A stretch of DNA of 60,482 bases from a virus (taxonomy: Duplodnaviria > Caudoviricetes): the IMG/VR virus record IMGVR_UViG_3300040733_000119, positions 1 to 60,482 of that record; one strand, written 5' to 3'. A program made the position numbers and the translations under genes. Each line of letters starts with the position of its first letter. Within the stretch, counting starts at the first letter, position 1. Positions 38,101-46,528 of the stretch are shown here, in pieces. Under the pieces are notes generated by a model. The model was not told the DNA's origin. It saw only the letters and a list, made by a program, of their open reading frames with translations, and made no database searches.

Positions 38101-38290
38101 CAATGCCCGTCGCTCCAGGGTGGCCACCGGCACGAACCAGTCCGGCGTCCACTACTACGTCTATGTTCCCTTTGTGCTCCTCGGGCCAACCTGGGTGCCA
38201 GATACGAAGGTGAAAGCAATCATGGTTCACCATCGCGCTGCTTTCAAGGTCACCCAGCCGCTGACCCTCGGCAAGCTGGCGATCAGTTGA
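35168..38290 (+). CDS. Capsid polyprotein: ChaB-like domain, T4 gp21-like prohead protease, scaffold and T4 gp23-like major capsid protein
   Basis: MPYSSLSDAP (ChaB-like); NKNRY, THRP, TEAGR..GVSLRA (protease); coiled coil; AWPETIAMQICQTGDMTSST, LKKAIIDQIDRKV, YVPF..P.T (gp23-like). Confidence 0.85.
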   Translation: MPYSSLSDAPASWKKLGDVTLTLSQVNWIAKIYDALVAKGLEKGVAAGTAINKFKKSHKMVDGKWVAVKKEEDEANEVIEITAEEIEGGLEEFRNRVRQALRAKHPTGYSYLRDITGGNSAIYEMSDPKTGETKTYKAQFAEVDGQFIFGDPQEVEIKEVVKPVQPAAEEKPKGAPNTLADFLIEETVTRTVESEAGLQFNLAGHILLEEKDPAQSDSIKARVPMIKFGALTDNKNRYLEECWDALSQEIALLNESKTKRRVLDMYPTHRPALDPKDPDYFMLRAAKITGASKQGDVGFIHFETLRTEAGRTMAVQVQEGMVDGVSLRAYPRPGYYLQNEQGGLDVRQLLFMGSDFTDIGAMPIDEGQKGFHLEEKHVMNLEELKKTDPEAYNRVMAEAAQAEAAKAKPLTEENERLKKQLAEEAAQRRKTSLIEHIRAAIAKVKDFGDTVKANVLEEVTAVMDRIMAEQANDDVAKLKLEEVVANAFNRRKAEIAEALKETMKGQQKIITDPSVISTLTTEARQAGLTKEITGGSTRIRDLLLAKVFNRPVYESGRFLLESWADKLEPLIRKQLYYMDFVGKMQNDIFAAGGMLHNMLLSEEMNKAVAPLLTEANEGTTTGVISTNLPHEVAAALIYAAWPETIAMQICQTGDMTSSTKDIFEVGYPTGDNVFKRGQHEFGWVDEANPTTLVLTTASPTTYGDFVDEGALAASSNQYADHLFARLVEAPVGIDMVITITGTDENGTAATWTVTFLTTDALGTIKRCAPTNVGQKCTDVTAVSVADSGTLTAGQVGFFVEKPVTGATAGSAEDKTYLGITKSTATADDYDLGARLDISLIEDMQMAMKDGGGGLDYLALIVSTLKKAIIDQIDRKVLYEVIDDATGGSQTFAQSTPESGYTQAEWNKRFLYYCDLLVDETSLAGNMEPNWMVWSRADRSRFMDWLAEGWTKYNVNRNELHLNSRTIGNVSGCEVFVSPNARRSRVATGTNQSGVHYYVYVPFVLLGPTWVPDTKVKAIMVHHRAAFKVTQPLTLGKLAIS

Positions 38291-38377
38291 ACAATGAACG
38301 TTGCCAGGCAGGGCATAGGCTTTTGCCGATCCAACCCTTTCAACGCCCTGCCTGGCGACTCTTTTTGAGGGCGTCTT

Positions 38378-38662
38378 ATGTTCACGATCAAGAATAAAGA
38401 CAGCGTTGCTCATGACATGTCTTTGACCGGTCCGCAGGGCGGCAGGCTCACGCTGCATCTGGAGCCTGGATCAGTTCACGGGCCATTCCCCGAATCATGG
38501 CGGAAATACTTTGAGCAAAACGAGGTTCCCTGGGCAGTCATTTTCCCGCAGCCCGAGGAGCCCCAGGAAGAACCGGTTGCCATCCATTCCATAGGGGCAA
38601 TCGAAACCGAGCCACCTGCTGCCGAGGTCAAACCGAGGCAGTACAAAAAGAGGAGCAAATAA
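38378..38662 (+). CDS. Hypothetical head-region protein
   Basis: Follows the capsid gene. Confidence 0.55.
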   Translation: MFTIKNKDSVAHDMSLTGPQGGRLTLHLEPGSVHGPFPESWRKYFEQNEVPWAVIFPQPEEPQEEPVAIHSIGAIETEPPAAEVKPRQYKKRSK

Positions 38663-38665
38663 TCC

Positions 38666-39445
38666 ATGGGAAAGATTCTAAGGGTTCCCGTCCGCAAATC
38701 GATCCTGGCAACGGCCACGGCGCTGGGAGCCAGCTACGGCAAGATCGGCAGCGCCATCAACATCGAAGGCATGGTCGATCTGACCCTTCATATCGCTGAA
38801 TCGGGCGGCTCCGAAGGCGCTGTGGTTCGAGCCTACATCGCCGCCAGCGGTGATGCTCCATCCAGCAGCAGCGGACTATTTCAACTGGTCGGTGCGAATG
38901 GCGCGGAAAGCGAGTTCACGGTCGCGGCCAGTGAGTTAAGGAGCTTTCCGCTCTACAACCTCTCCGGCAAGTATCTTCTGCTCTACGCCAAGGGATCATC
39001 AAGCACCACGGCTCAGATCACTGCTTTTGTAACCGGCAATTTGCCGGCGGTCAACGGCCAGGTGATCCGTCCCCTTGCCTCTACGGTTCTTTCCGCGACG
39101 GCGCTCACCAGCACCAGCTATGCGGACAAGGGCAGCGCGGTCAACATCGAGGGCATGAGCGACCTGACTCTGCATCTGACAGAATCGGGCACGACCGAAG
39201 GCGCCAAGGTGAAGGTGTTTATCGCCCACACTGGCAGCGCACCGACGGCGACCACTTCCTTGCAGGCTGTTTCTGCTGAGGCTGGAACCTCGCTGGAGTT
39301 TACCGTGCTCAAAGGCGAGAAGGCCAGTCATCCGCTTCGCGGCATCACCGGAAAATACCTGATGATTCAGGCGGCGGATACGACCGGCGGATCCGGACAT
39401 GCAACGCTGGCGGTCACGATCAGCGGCAATGTCACCAACCTGTGA
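38666..39445 (+). CDS. Putative capsid decoration protein with two internal repeats
   Basis: GSAINIEGMVDLTLH / GSAVNIEGMSDLTLH and GKYL duplicated. Confidence 0.55.
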   Translation: MGKILRVPVRKSILATATALGASYGKIGSAINIEGMVDLTLHIAESGGSEGAVVRAYIAASGDAPSSSSGLFQLVGANGAESEFTVAASELRSFPLYNLSGKYLLLYAKGSSSTTAQITAFVTGNLPAVNGQVIRPLASTVLSATALTSTSYADKGSAVNIEGMSDLTLHLTESGTTEGAKVKVFIAHTGSAPTATTSLQAVSAEAGTSLEFTVLKGEKASHPLRGITGKYLMIQAADTTGGSGHATLAVTISGNVTNL

Positions 39446-39452
39446 GGCGGCC

Positions 39453-40112
39453 ATGAGAAGAATCCTCTTTGTCATCATGGCCCTCCTGTGTCTTGCAGCC
39501 TTGGCGCAGGGCCAGACGGCCACTCTTGGCTATTCAGACATCGGCGTGGTCCGCCTCACAAATTTGACCGGAACGGTACTCGACTCTGCTGTCCAAACCG
39601 GCGCCTCGGATGATTTCCTCTATGACATTTCCGTGACCTCGAAGTCCGGCGTCCTGAGCAGGGTTCAGGTTAAGGATTTGGTCAAGAATACCATCCGCAA
39701 TTTCACGGTCAAGGACACCAGCGCACGAACGGATATCATCACCAATTTCCGGCTGCGGTTTTATGAAACACTCGCGGCCGGCGATCACTGCCGGGTGCAG
39801 TACACCCACTTCATCACAGTGCAATCCGACTCGACCGGCGCCCTCCGGCAAGCTCTTTGGAATACGGCACGGACCGACTCGCTGCAGAATCTCACTGCGA
39901 CGGCCAGGCCTATCCTATTGAACAACGATTTCCCGCGAGGCTTGACGGTCATCGCCAATGTGGATCTGCAGTTCCGCACCAACCGCATCACCAACTGGAT
40001 CACGCTGTTTTCAGGCGGGACCATCTATATCCCGATCCGGCATGCAGTGGGAGACACCTTTTTTGCCAAGACAGCGACCATCCCTGACGTGTGCATAGTT
40101 CGGGGCAAGTGA
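39453..40112 (+). CDS. Hypothetical protein with signal-peptide-like N-terminus
   Basis: MRRILFVIMALLCLAALAQG. Confidence 0.6.
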   Translation: MRRILFVIMALLCLAALAQGQTATLGYSDIGVVRLTNLTGTVLDSAVQTGASDDFLYDISVTSKSGVLSRVQVKDLVKNTIRNFTVKDTSARTDIITNFRLRFYETLAAGDHCRVQYTHFITVQSDSTGALRQALWNTARTDSLQNLTATARPILLNNDFPRGLTVIANVDLQFRTNRITNWITLFSGGTIYIPIRHAVGDTFFAKTATIPDVCIVRGK

Positions 40113-40867
40113 TGAAACGGATCACGGCTCTGGCTCTTATTTTTGCAGCCGGATTGGCATCGGCGCAGATAGTCCGGCTTGAAGGACCTCCGCGCATTTC
40201 AAGCGCCAACCTGGTGGCCCATTGGCGTTTCTCTGAAGGCTCAGGCACTTCGGTCGCTGATTTTTCCGGCAACGGCAACACAGGAACCTTTGATGGGACT
40301 TGGACCAGGGGCAAGTATGGCAACGCAGGGAATTTCGTCGCTGCTTCAACCCAGGAGGTAAACGTCGGCAACAAGGCAAGTTTGAACATGGGGACCAGCG
40401 ATTTTTCAGTTGCCATCTGGGCAAAAACCAGCACGGCAGCGGCTTCGATCCTGGTGGGCAAATACGGGACAATCGGCTATTTCCTGGGACTGGACGCTGC
40501 CGGCAAATTCTACGGCAAGGTGCGCGACGCATCGACCAACGTATCGGTGCTCGGGAGCGTGATCTCTGACGGCAGCTGGCATCTGCTGGTCATGACCGTG
40601 GACCGAAGCGACGCTGCGACCGGCCTGACGCTTTATCTGGATGGAGAGTTCAACACCTACGGCCAGCAGGGTGGGGGCAATATCGACAATTCAGACATTT
40701 TTTATATCGGGAGGTTGGCTTCAGGCTACTATATCACTGCTGAGATCGACGATGTAAGAATCTGGAAAAGGCTGATCGGCATTGAGGAAATCAAACGGCT
40801 CTGGAGCCAGTCGAGCGCAAAATGCTTTATTGACAATCAGTCACCGGAAGGTGCTCTGGCTTTCTGA
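40112..40867 (+). CDS. LamG/concanavalin-like domain protein with signal-peptide-like N-terminus
   Basis: LVAHWRFSEGSG..DFSGNGNTG, FSVAIW, WHLLV, LYLDG, IDDVRIW. Confidence 0.85.
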   Translation: MKRITALALIFAAGLASAQIVRLEGPPRISSANLVAHWRFSEGSGTSVADFSGNGNTGTFDGTWTRGKYGNAGNFVAASTQEVNVGNKASLNMGTSDFSVAIWAKTSTAAASILVGKYGTIGYFLGLDAAGKFYGKVRDASTNVSVLGSVISDGSWHLLVMTVDRSDAATGLTLYLDGEFNTYGQQGGGNIDNSDIFYIGRLASGYYITAEIDDVRIWKRLIGIEEIKRLWSQSSAKCFIDNQSPEGALAF

Positions 40868-40880
40868 AAGGCATGGACTT

Positions 40881-41108
40881 ATGGACGAGACAATCAAGCT
40901 TATCATCGCAGCAGTCCTTGGCGTATTGGGGGGAGTGAATACAAAAATACTCTTTAATTGGTTTTCGAGGCACGGCAATGGCCATACCTCGCCCTGCGAA
41001 TTTTTAAGAGAACTGAAAGAGCGTTTTGTTGTCTACGAGAGGAACCAGATCGAGATTCTGCAGCGGTTGACACGGATCGAAACCAAGATTGACAACGGAG
41101 TTCATTAA
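40881..41108 (+). CDS. Small TM/coiled-coil protein
   Basis: One TM helix, then RLTRIETKID. Confidence 0.5.
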   Translation: MDETIKLIIAAVLGVLGGVNTKILFNWFSRHGNGHTSPCEFLRELKERFVVYERNQIEILQRLTRIETKIDNGVH

Positions 41109-41110
41109 AG

Positions 41111-42037
41111 ATGGTCAAGACAAGGGCACAGCTGCGGGAGTTGATCCGGCAGGAAGCCGGTGACGAAGTGCGGATCAGCGGAACAGCAACGGGCGGATCC
41201 AGGACCTCGGTGGTGGACACTGCCGCACTGACTCAGGCGGATGATTACTGGAACGGCCGGAGGGTTTACATTACTTCAACAACGGACGGACTTGCCCCCC
41301 AGGGCGAGAGCCGCAAGGTCGCGGATTTTGTCAGTTCGACCCACACCATCACGCTGGAGATGGCCCTGTCGGCGGCAGTCGAGGCCGGCGATACGTTCCA
41401 GATCGCGGTCTGGCCGGATGTAGTCTACAACGCTTTAATTTCAGCCGCAATCGCAGCCTACTCAAAACACCGGCCTTACCGGTCAACCGGCTCCCTGGCG
41501 ATTGTGGCCGGCACAAGGTACTATGATCCGCCCGCCGGCGTGGACCTGCGAGCCGGGCACCGGATCGAGGAGATCCGCTGCATCGACCTGGCAGCCCAGG
41601 AGGATTATCCAGTCGAGGGCTGGAGCCCGGACCGGCACCAGAACAAGATCGACCTGGGCTATTTCGCGTCAGAATCGAAAACGCTCACGGTGTTCTATGT
41701 CATCCCTCACGCGGACTTTGCCGATGATTCGGACACCATTACAGTCCCGGATCAGGATGAGGAGCTGCTTGTCAAATACGTGATTGCCCAGCTCTACCTG
41801 CTCATGTCCAGGGAGAGCTTTGACGATTTCGGCAACCTGGCGCCCTCAAAGTGGACCAGGGGCAACGTCTCCGAGGAGACGGGCAGCGGCCGGAAGAACA
41901 TGAAGGATCTGCATGATTCGATCATGGCTGATTGGCTGGCTGCACTGCGGGATGGGGGAACGATCATCACCACCGCTAAATCGTCCGATCCGGGAAGGTG
42001 GGTCCCACCGCATGATTATCTGACGGGTGGAGAATGA
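41111..42037 (+). CDS. Head-tail adaptor
   Basis: Position; helical termini with a DDYWNG beta insertion. Confidence 0.6.
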   Translation: MVKTRAQLRELIRQEAGDEVRISGTATGGSRTSVVDTAALTQADDYWNGRRVYITSTTDGLAPQGESRKVADFVSSTHTITLEMALSAAVEAGDTFQIAVWPDVVYNALISAAIAAYSKHRPYRSTGSLAIVAGTRYYDPPAGVDLRAGHRIEEIRCIDLAAQEDYPVEGWSPDRHQNKIDLGYFASESKTLTVFYVIPHADFADDSDTITVPDQDEELLVKYVIAQLYLLMSRESFDDFGNLAPSKWTRGNVSEETGSGRKNMKDLHDSIMADWLAALRDGGTIITTAKSSDPGRWVPPHDYLTGGE

Positions 42038-42354
42038 CCTTCATTGACCGGAAATCCATGATCCGGGTTACCATAATCCGGAGAAGCCAGACCCAGGACA
42101 GCGACGGCGACTATGGGAGCGTAACAACGACGACCTTACACTCCGGTATAATTGCCGACATTCAGCCGGTTAAAGGAAGGCTGATTGAAAGCGCGGTTGG
42201 CTACCGGGCCGATACGACGCACCTGATGTTCACCCAGGAGAACTTTACCGATATTGCGGCGATGGACATCGTGCAATACAGCAACGCAGAATATGAGGTC
42301 CTGGTTCCGGCTGATTGGCGGGAGCATAGCGAGTACCAACTGAGGGCGCTCTAA
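42034..42354 (+). CDS. Head closure (stopper) protein
   Basis: Size, position, VTIIR..DG..IQP. Confidence 0.65.
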   Translation: MTFIDRKSMIRVTIIRRSQTQDSDGDYGSVTTTTLHSGIIADIQPVKGRLIESAVGYRADTTHLMFTQENFTDIAAMDIVQYSNAEYEVLVPADWREHSEYQLRAL

Positions 42355-42798
42355 ATGCCGGTTACAGCTTACACGATCCTGACAGCGGTTTTCAAGAAAC
42401 TCGACGCGGACGCTACCCTGCAAGGCGACTCCTATCTAAACGGCACGGACCGGATAGAGAAGGGACCCCGCCGGAGAAAGGGCCTGACAGCCCCCTGCAT
42501 CACCATGAAGATCGGCGGGACCTCGATGGATACAGACGACAAGGTTCAGGACGCTCTCATCTACATCAACAGCTATGCCCTCGACAAGGCAAACGGAACG
42601 CCGGATTTGACCAGGCTTTCAGCGATTGCCGGCCAGGTTGAGGCCCTGCTCGATGACGCCACATTGACGGCTGCATCCGGAATGCGATTTTTCAATTGCT
42701 TTGTCACCAGCCCGCACGGCGAGGCCTTTCTGGATCCGGATTTTCCCGACGAGCATTATGTGAGCACTGCCGTCCGGGTCCAATTCATAAGCAGCTAA
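42355..42798 (+). CDS. Tail terminator protein
   Basis: Position before tail tube; AVFKKLDADATL..IA..VEALLD. Confidence 0.6.
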   Translation: MPVTAYTILTAVFKKLDADATLQGDSYLNGTDRIEKGPRRRKGLTAPCITMKIGGTSMDTDDKVQDALIYINSYALDKANGTPDLTRLSAIAGQVEALLDDATLTAASGMRFFNCFVTSPHGEAFLDPDFPDEHYVSTAVRVQFISS

Positions 42799-42838
42799 AC
42801 AGCGGGAAAATAAATATCCCTAAACGAGGAGATAGAAA

Positions 42839-43321
42839 ATGGCTGGAACGAAAAACAACGTTGTCATCTGCGGCACCAGTGTGATGCTCAAGGTGGCCAC
42901 GGTTGACGTCGGCTACACCAAAGGCGGCGTCGAACTGGAGATCAGCAGCGAGTATTACGATGTCATCGCCGATCAGAGTTTGACCCCGATCCTGCGCAAG
43001 ATGACCGCCAGGACGTGCAAAGTCCGCACGACCATGCTGGAATCGACCCTGGAGCATCTGCGCATGGCCTGGAACCTGGCGGATTCCGCCCTGGTCTCCA
43101 GCTCCTTGACCCTGAACAGCACGGAGAAGGGCGAGGTGGCGATCCAATTCATCGGCAAGGGGCCGAACAGCACGACCCGCACGGCTACCTTTTTTGCGGC
43201 TGTGGCTATGGCCACCGGACCGATCCCGAATTTCAAGGACAAGGAATGCGAGATCCCGGTCGAATTCGAGTGCCTGTGGAGCGATACCAACAGCTCTTTT
43301 GGAACCATCGTTGACGCCTGA
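42839..43321 (+). CDS. Major tail (tube) protein
   Basis: DVGYTKGGVEL..DQ..TTMLE..IPVEFECL. Confidence 0.8.
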   Translation: MAGTKNNVVICGTSVMLKVATVDVGYTKGGVELEISSEYYDVIADQSLTPILRKMTARTCKVRTTMLESTLEHLRMAWNLADSALVSSSLTLNSTEKGEVAIQFIGKGPNSTTRTATFFAAVAMATGPIPNFKDKECEIPVEFECLWSDTNSSFGTIVDA

Positions 43322-43330
43322 TCCCTGGAG

Positions 43331-44320
43331 ATGGCTGTTTACTTTACATCTCCAGCGAACAATCCCGCTTGCGGATATGGCCGGGTAGCGACCAAGCTGC
43401 TGGAAGCCCTGAAATCCTCTGACATTCCGATCACTGAGAAGCCTCAGCGATCGGATGTGCAGATATTCTATGGCCAGCCCTTCAATGACCCTGATCTTCT
43501 GGAAATGCGGCAGAGGCAATGTGACCGGTTCTTTATATACACCATGTTTGAAAGTTCTCTCCTCCCAGACGGCTGGGTCGAGGAGATCAACAAGCACGAC
43601 GCTCTCCTGACGCCTAGCCGCTGGTGTGGCAGATGGTTTCAGGATTGTGGCGTAAACGTCCCCTGGCACCTGCTCCATCACGGTGTGGATCCGGCTGAGT
43701 TCCCGCTGCTGGAGCGGCCGGTGGACCGGAAATATTTCACATTTATTATTCAATGCGTCAACCCCCGTGACCGCAAAGGCTGCGAGCTTGTACGGCGAGC
43801 CTTTTACAAACTTCGACTTCCCCGTACGCGGCTGATTGTAAAGGCAGTTCCCGTGCAATCGCCGCGTCTTTATATGGAGCGGCCGGGGGAGAAGGAGATC
43901 TGGGACTGGTACTCGCAGAAACAAATGCTGGCCCTCCTGCAGGAAGCGGATATTTCCCTGAACCCGACCTCTGGAGAGGGCTTCGGGTGCATCCCAATTG
44001 AACACGCTGCAACCGGACTAGCTGTGGCAGCCACGGATTTTTCTGGATGCCGGGAATATCTCAATGACTTGAAACCGGACATGATCGGGATCAAGTGGAG
44101 ACCAAAACCGAGCTATTTCAACAGCCTGGGTGGAGACTTTGGATTTGATGCAGCTCCTGATTTTGACCATCTGTGCAGCATCATGGAGTACGCTTCAAAG
44201 CATCGGGACGAGGTGAGGGCAATAGGCCAACGTCTCGCCCAGGCTGTTCATGAACGGTGGACCTGGCAACGGCCAATCAATCAGCTGAGGGAAATCCTCA
44301 AAGGATACCATGCGCTTTGA
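43331..44320 (+). CDS. Glycosyltransferase family 4 (GT-B)
   Basis: GYG, TMFES, TPSRW, HGVD, RKG, PTSGEGFGCIPIE. Confidence 0.88.
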   Translation: MAVYFTSPANNPACGYGRVATKLLEALKSSDIPITEKPQRSDVQIFYGQPFNDPDLLEMRQRQCDRFFIYTMFESSLLPDGWVEEINKHDALLTPSRWCGRWFQDCGVNVPWHLLHHGVDPAEFPLLERPVDRKYFTFIIQCVNPRDRKGCELVRRAFYKLRLPRTRLIVKAVPVQSPRLYMERPGEKEIWDWYSQKQMLALLQEADISLNPTSGEGFGCIPIEHAATGLAVAATDFSGCREYLNDLKPDMIGIKWRPKPSYFNSLGGDFGFDAAPDFDHLCSIMEYASKHRDEVRAIGQRLAQAVHERWTWQRPINQLREILKGYHAL

Positions 44321-44663
44321 AGTGAGAGACATTTGGCTGACGGTCTGCATTTTCCTTCACTCCATGGTGAATGCTGTGTTGGATAACATCGACCACCATA
44401 GCGGCGCCAGGACGCTAAAGGACGCCTGGCATTTGACGAAATTGGCAGACCGGATCACCCTGATAGTAGTGGGGATCATCGCCGCCCGCTGCAAATGGCC
44501 CTGGTGGAAAATCGTGCTGGCAATCGTGGTCCTCTTCCTGGCCAAATACATCTGGTCGTATTTTTACATTAACAATATTGCCTTTTGGGTCCACCTGGAT
44601 GAGACGTTGGACATCACAACCGGGTGGGCATGGCTGGACGAATTTTTAGGATTCGCAAACTGA
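44310..44663 (+). CDS. Small membrane protein
   Basis: Hydrophobic helices, DAWH. Confidence 0.55.
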   Translation: MRFEVRDIWLTVCIFLHSMVNAVLDNIDHHSGARTLKDAWHLTKLADRITLIVVGIIAARCKWPWWKIVLAIVVLFLAKYIWSYFYINNIAFWVHLDETLDITTGWAWLDEFLGFAN

Positions 44664-45196
44664 TGCCGAGCAGCCAAATCGACAACATAACGACCATCGT
44701 TAGATGGATTGCTGAGGTTGACCCCAGCTCAATTCTTGACGTGGGAGTCGGTTTCGGCAAGTACGGTGTCCTGGCAAGGGAGTACACGGACATCCGGCAC
44801 GGCCGCTACCACCGGAGGGACTGGAAGGTGGTCATCGACGGCATCGAGATTTTCAGCCCCTACTATAATCCGGTTTGGGAAGTGTACGACCGGGTCTATT
44901 GTGAAGACGCTGTAGAATTGCTTCCTCATCTTAAAAACTACGAGCTGGTTTTGCTGTGCGACGTGATCGAACATTTCGATAAATCCGTGGGCCAGGCTGT
45001 GTTGGCGGAATGCCGGCGGATGGCCACAAGGGCAATCATCGTTTCCACGCCGCTGGGCAGCTATCCCCAGGATTCGATTCACGGCAATGAACATGAGCGG
45101 CACCGGTCTGAGTGGACCGAAAAGGATTTCCCAGGATTCACTTTCCGTTTTGTGGGACACTGTTTGTCAGGAATTTTCAGGAAGGCGTTGCCATGA
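44663..45196 (+). CDS. Class I SAM-dependent methyltransferase
   Basis: ILDVGVGFGKYG, GIE, DVIEH, VSTP, GNEHERH. Confidence 0.85.
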   Translation: MPSSQIDNITTIVRWIAEVDPSSILDVGVGFGKYGVLAREYTDIRHGRYHRRDWKVVIDGIEIFSPYYNPVWEVYDRVYCEDAVELLPHLKNYELVLLCDVIEHFDKSVGQAVLAECRRMATRAIIVSTPLGSYPQDSIHGNEHERHRSEWTEKDFPGFTFRFVGHCLSGIFRKALP

Positions 45197-45840
45197 CTGT
45201 AAGAAGAACGAAAGACGCCGATCAGAAGGCGAATGCTGCTCTGGTCGAGCTGGCCCGTGAGGTCACTGTCGTGGTTCCCCTGGGACCCGGCCGGGATCAG
45301 GAGATGGCCAGGCTGGAGGATGCCATTGACGCCCAGACCATTCAGCCCATCGAGATTGTAGTCGAGGAAGGACCGCACCACTACATCAATCGGAACAAAG
45401 GCTGGCGCAGGGCCAAGGGATCGATCATCTGGTTTCTGGACAGTGACGTCACGCCTGAACCCGATGCCCTGGAGCGAGCCCTCGAGATTTTCGCCCAATC
45501 CAATCCCGAAGGGGTGGAGGGCCATATTTATGGAGTCATCCAGCGCGTGTTCAAGTGGGGATTCATGGCCGGTCATATCTTTTACACCAGGGAAGCCCTG
45601 GAGAAGGTTGGCGGTTTCGATGAACGCTTTACCGATTGGCGGGGCGATACCGACCTGGGCTGGAGCATCCTGGATTCCGGCGGCTTGATTCTCTATCAGC
45701 CCCTGTCGCGGGCGCTCCATCCCAATGGCTCAAATACACAGCCGAATATGGAAACCGAGCGGCTGCTTTACGACAGACACCCTGCCCTCTATCGGGAAGC
45801 CAGGGAAAAAGGTTACCTGCAGTGCTTCATCAATGAGTAG
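45193..45840 (+). CDS. Glycosyltransferase family 2
   Basis: VTVVVP, RNKG, FLDSD, VGGFDERF, DTDL. Confidence 0.88.
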   Translation: MTVRRTKDADQKANAALVELAREVTVVVPLGPGRDQEMARLEDAIDAQTIQPIEIVVEEGPHHYINRNKGWRRAKGSIIWFLDSDVTPEPDALERALEIFAQSNPEGVEGHIYGVIQRVFKWGFMAGHIFYTREALEKVGGFDERFTDWRGDTDLGWSILDSGGLILYQPLSRALHPNGSNTQPNMETERLLYDRHPALYREAREKGYLQCFINE

Positions 45841-45851
45841 GGAGGTCAAAA

Positions 45852-46298
45852 GTGAACGAGGAATTGGAACGGCTGCTGAACCAGCCGAAGGAATACACGA
45901 TCGCCGGCAAAACGGTAACGATCGAGGCTTTGCCGCCAGGCGCAGTAACGATCATCATCATGAAGATCATCGAAAAAATCAAGACAGTTGATCTGGATCT
46001 GCTTAAAGGCACGGTGGATGCCGGAAAAATCGAGGCGATCTACGACCTCTTTGAAAAGCGTCTGAAGGAAGCCATCACCAGGGATTACCAGATTTTCCAG
46101 CTGATGCTGACGCCGGCTGAGACCTGGAGACGCACCAAGGGGAACTTTAAGAAAACCGATTTCCCGATCACACTGGAAGAGCTGGAGTGGGAAACTCCAG
46201 AATTGCTTTTGGGCGAGATCTTCGACGAGTGGATCGCCAGGAATCCGAGGTTTGCCATTCAAAAAAAAATGGTCAACCTGGCGTCGATGCAGAATTAG
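45852..46298 (+). CDS. Tail assembly chaperone (G-like)
   Basis: Upstream of tape measure; A9 slippery run at 46261-46269. Confidence 0.7.
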   Translation: MNEELERLLNQPKEYTIAGKTVTIEALPPGAVTIIIMKIIEKIKTVDLDLLKGTVDAGKIEAIYDLFEKRLKEAITRDYQIFQLMLTPAETWRRTKGNFKKTDFPITLEELEWETPELLLGEIFDEWIARNPRFAIQKKMVNLASMQN

Positions 46299-46528
46299 TA
46301 AAGCCCCTGCAGGAACAGGTCGTCAGCGGCATGGTCGCCCTGGTGAAGGAGACGGGCTGGAAACCGGAATACATCATCTGGGAACTCCCGTGCGCCTGGT
46401 TTTTCCTGCTGATCGACTTCTGGCCCACCTATAAGAAACAGGGCGAGGACGAGGGAGAAATAAAGGAAATATCCTCGCTATCAGATGAACAGCTTGACCT
46501 TTTAGGATTGAAATATGCCGGCAATTAA
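46261..46528 (+). CDS. Tail assembly chaperone -1 frameshift extension (T-like)
   Basis: Open -1 frame from the A9 run; GWKPEYIIWELP. Confidence 0.65.

Noticed and set aside
36284-38458. 724-aa antisense ORF opposite the capsid gene
   Set aside because: Shadow of strong GC3 codon bias in the capsid gene; no motifs or RBS
42785-44005. 406-aa antisense ORF
   Set aside because: Overlaps the tail tube and GT4 genes; no recognisable domain
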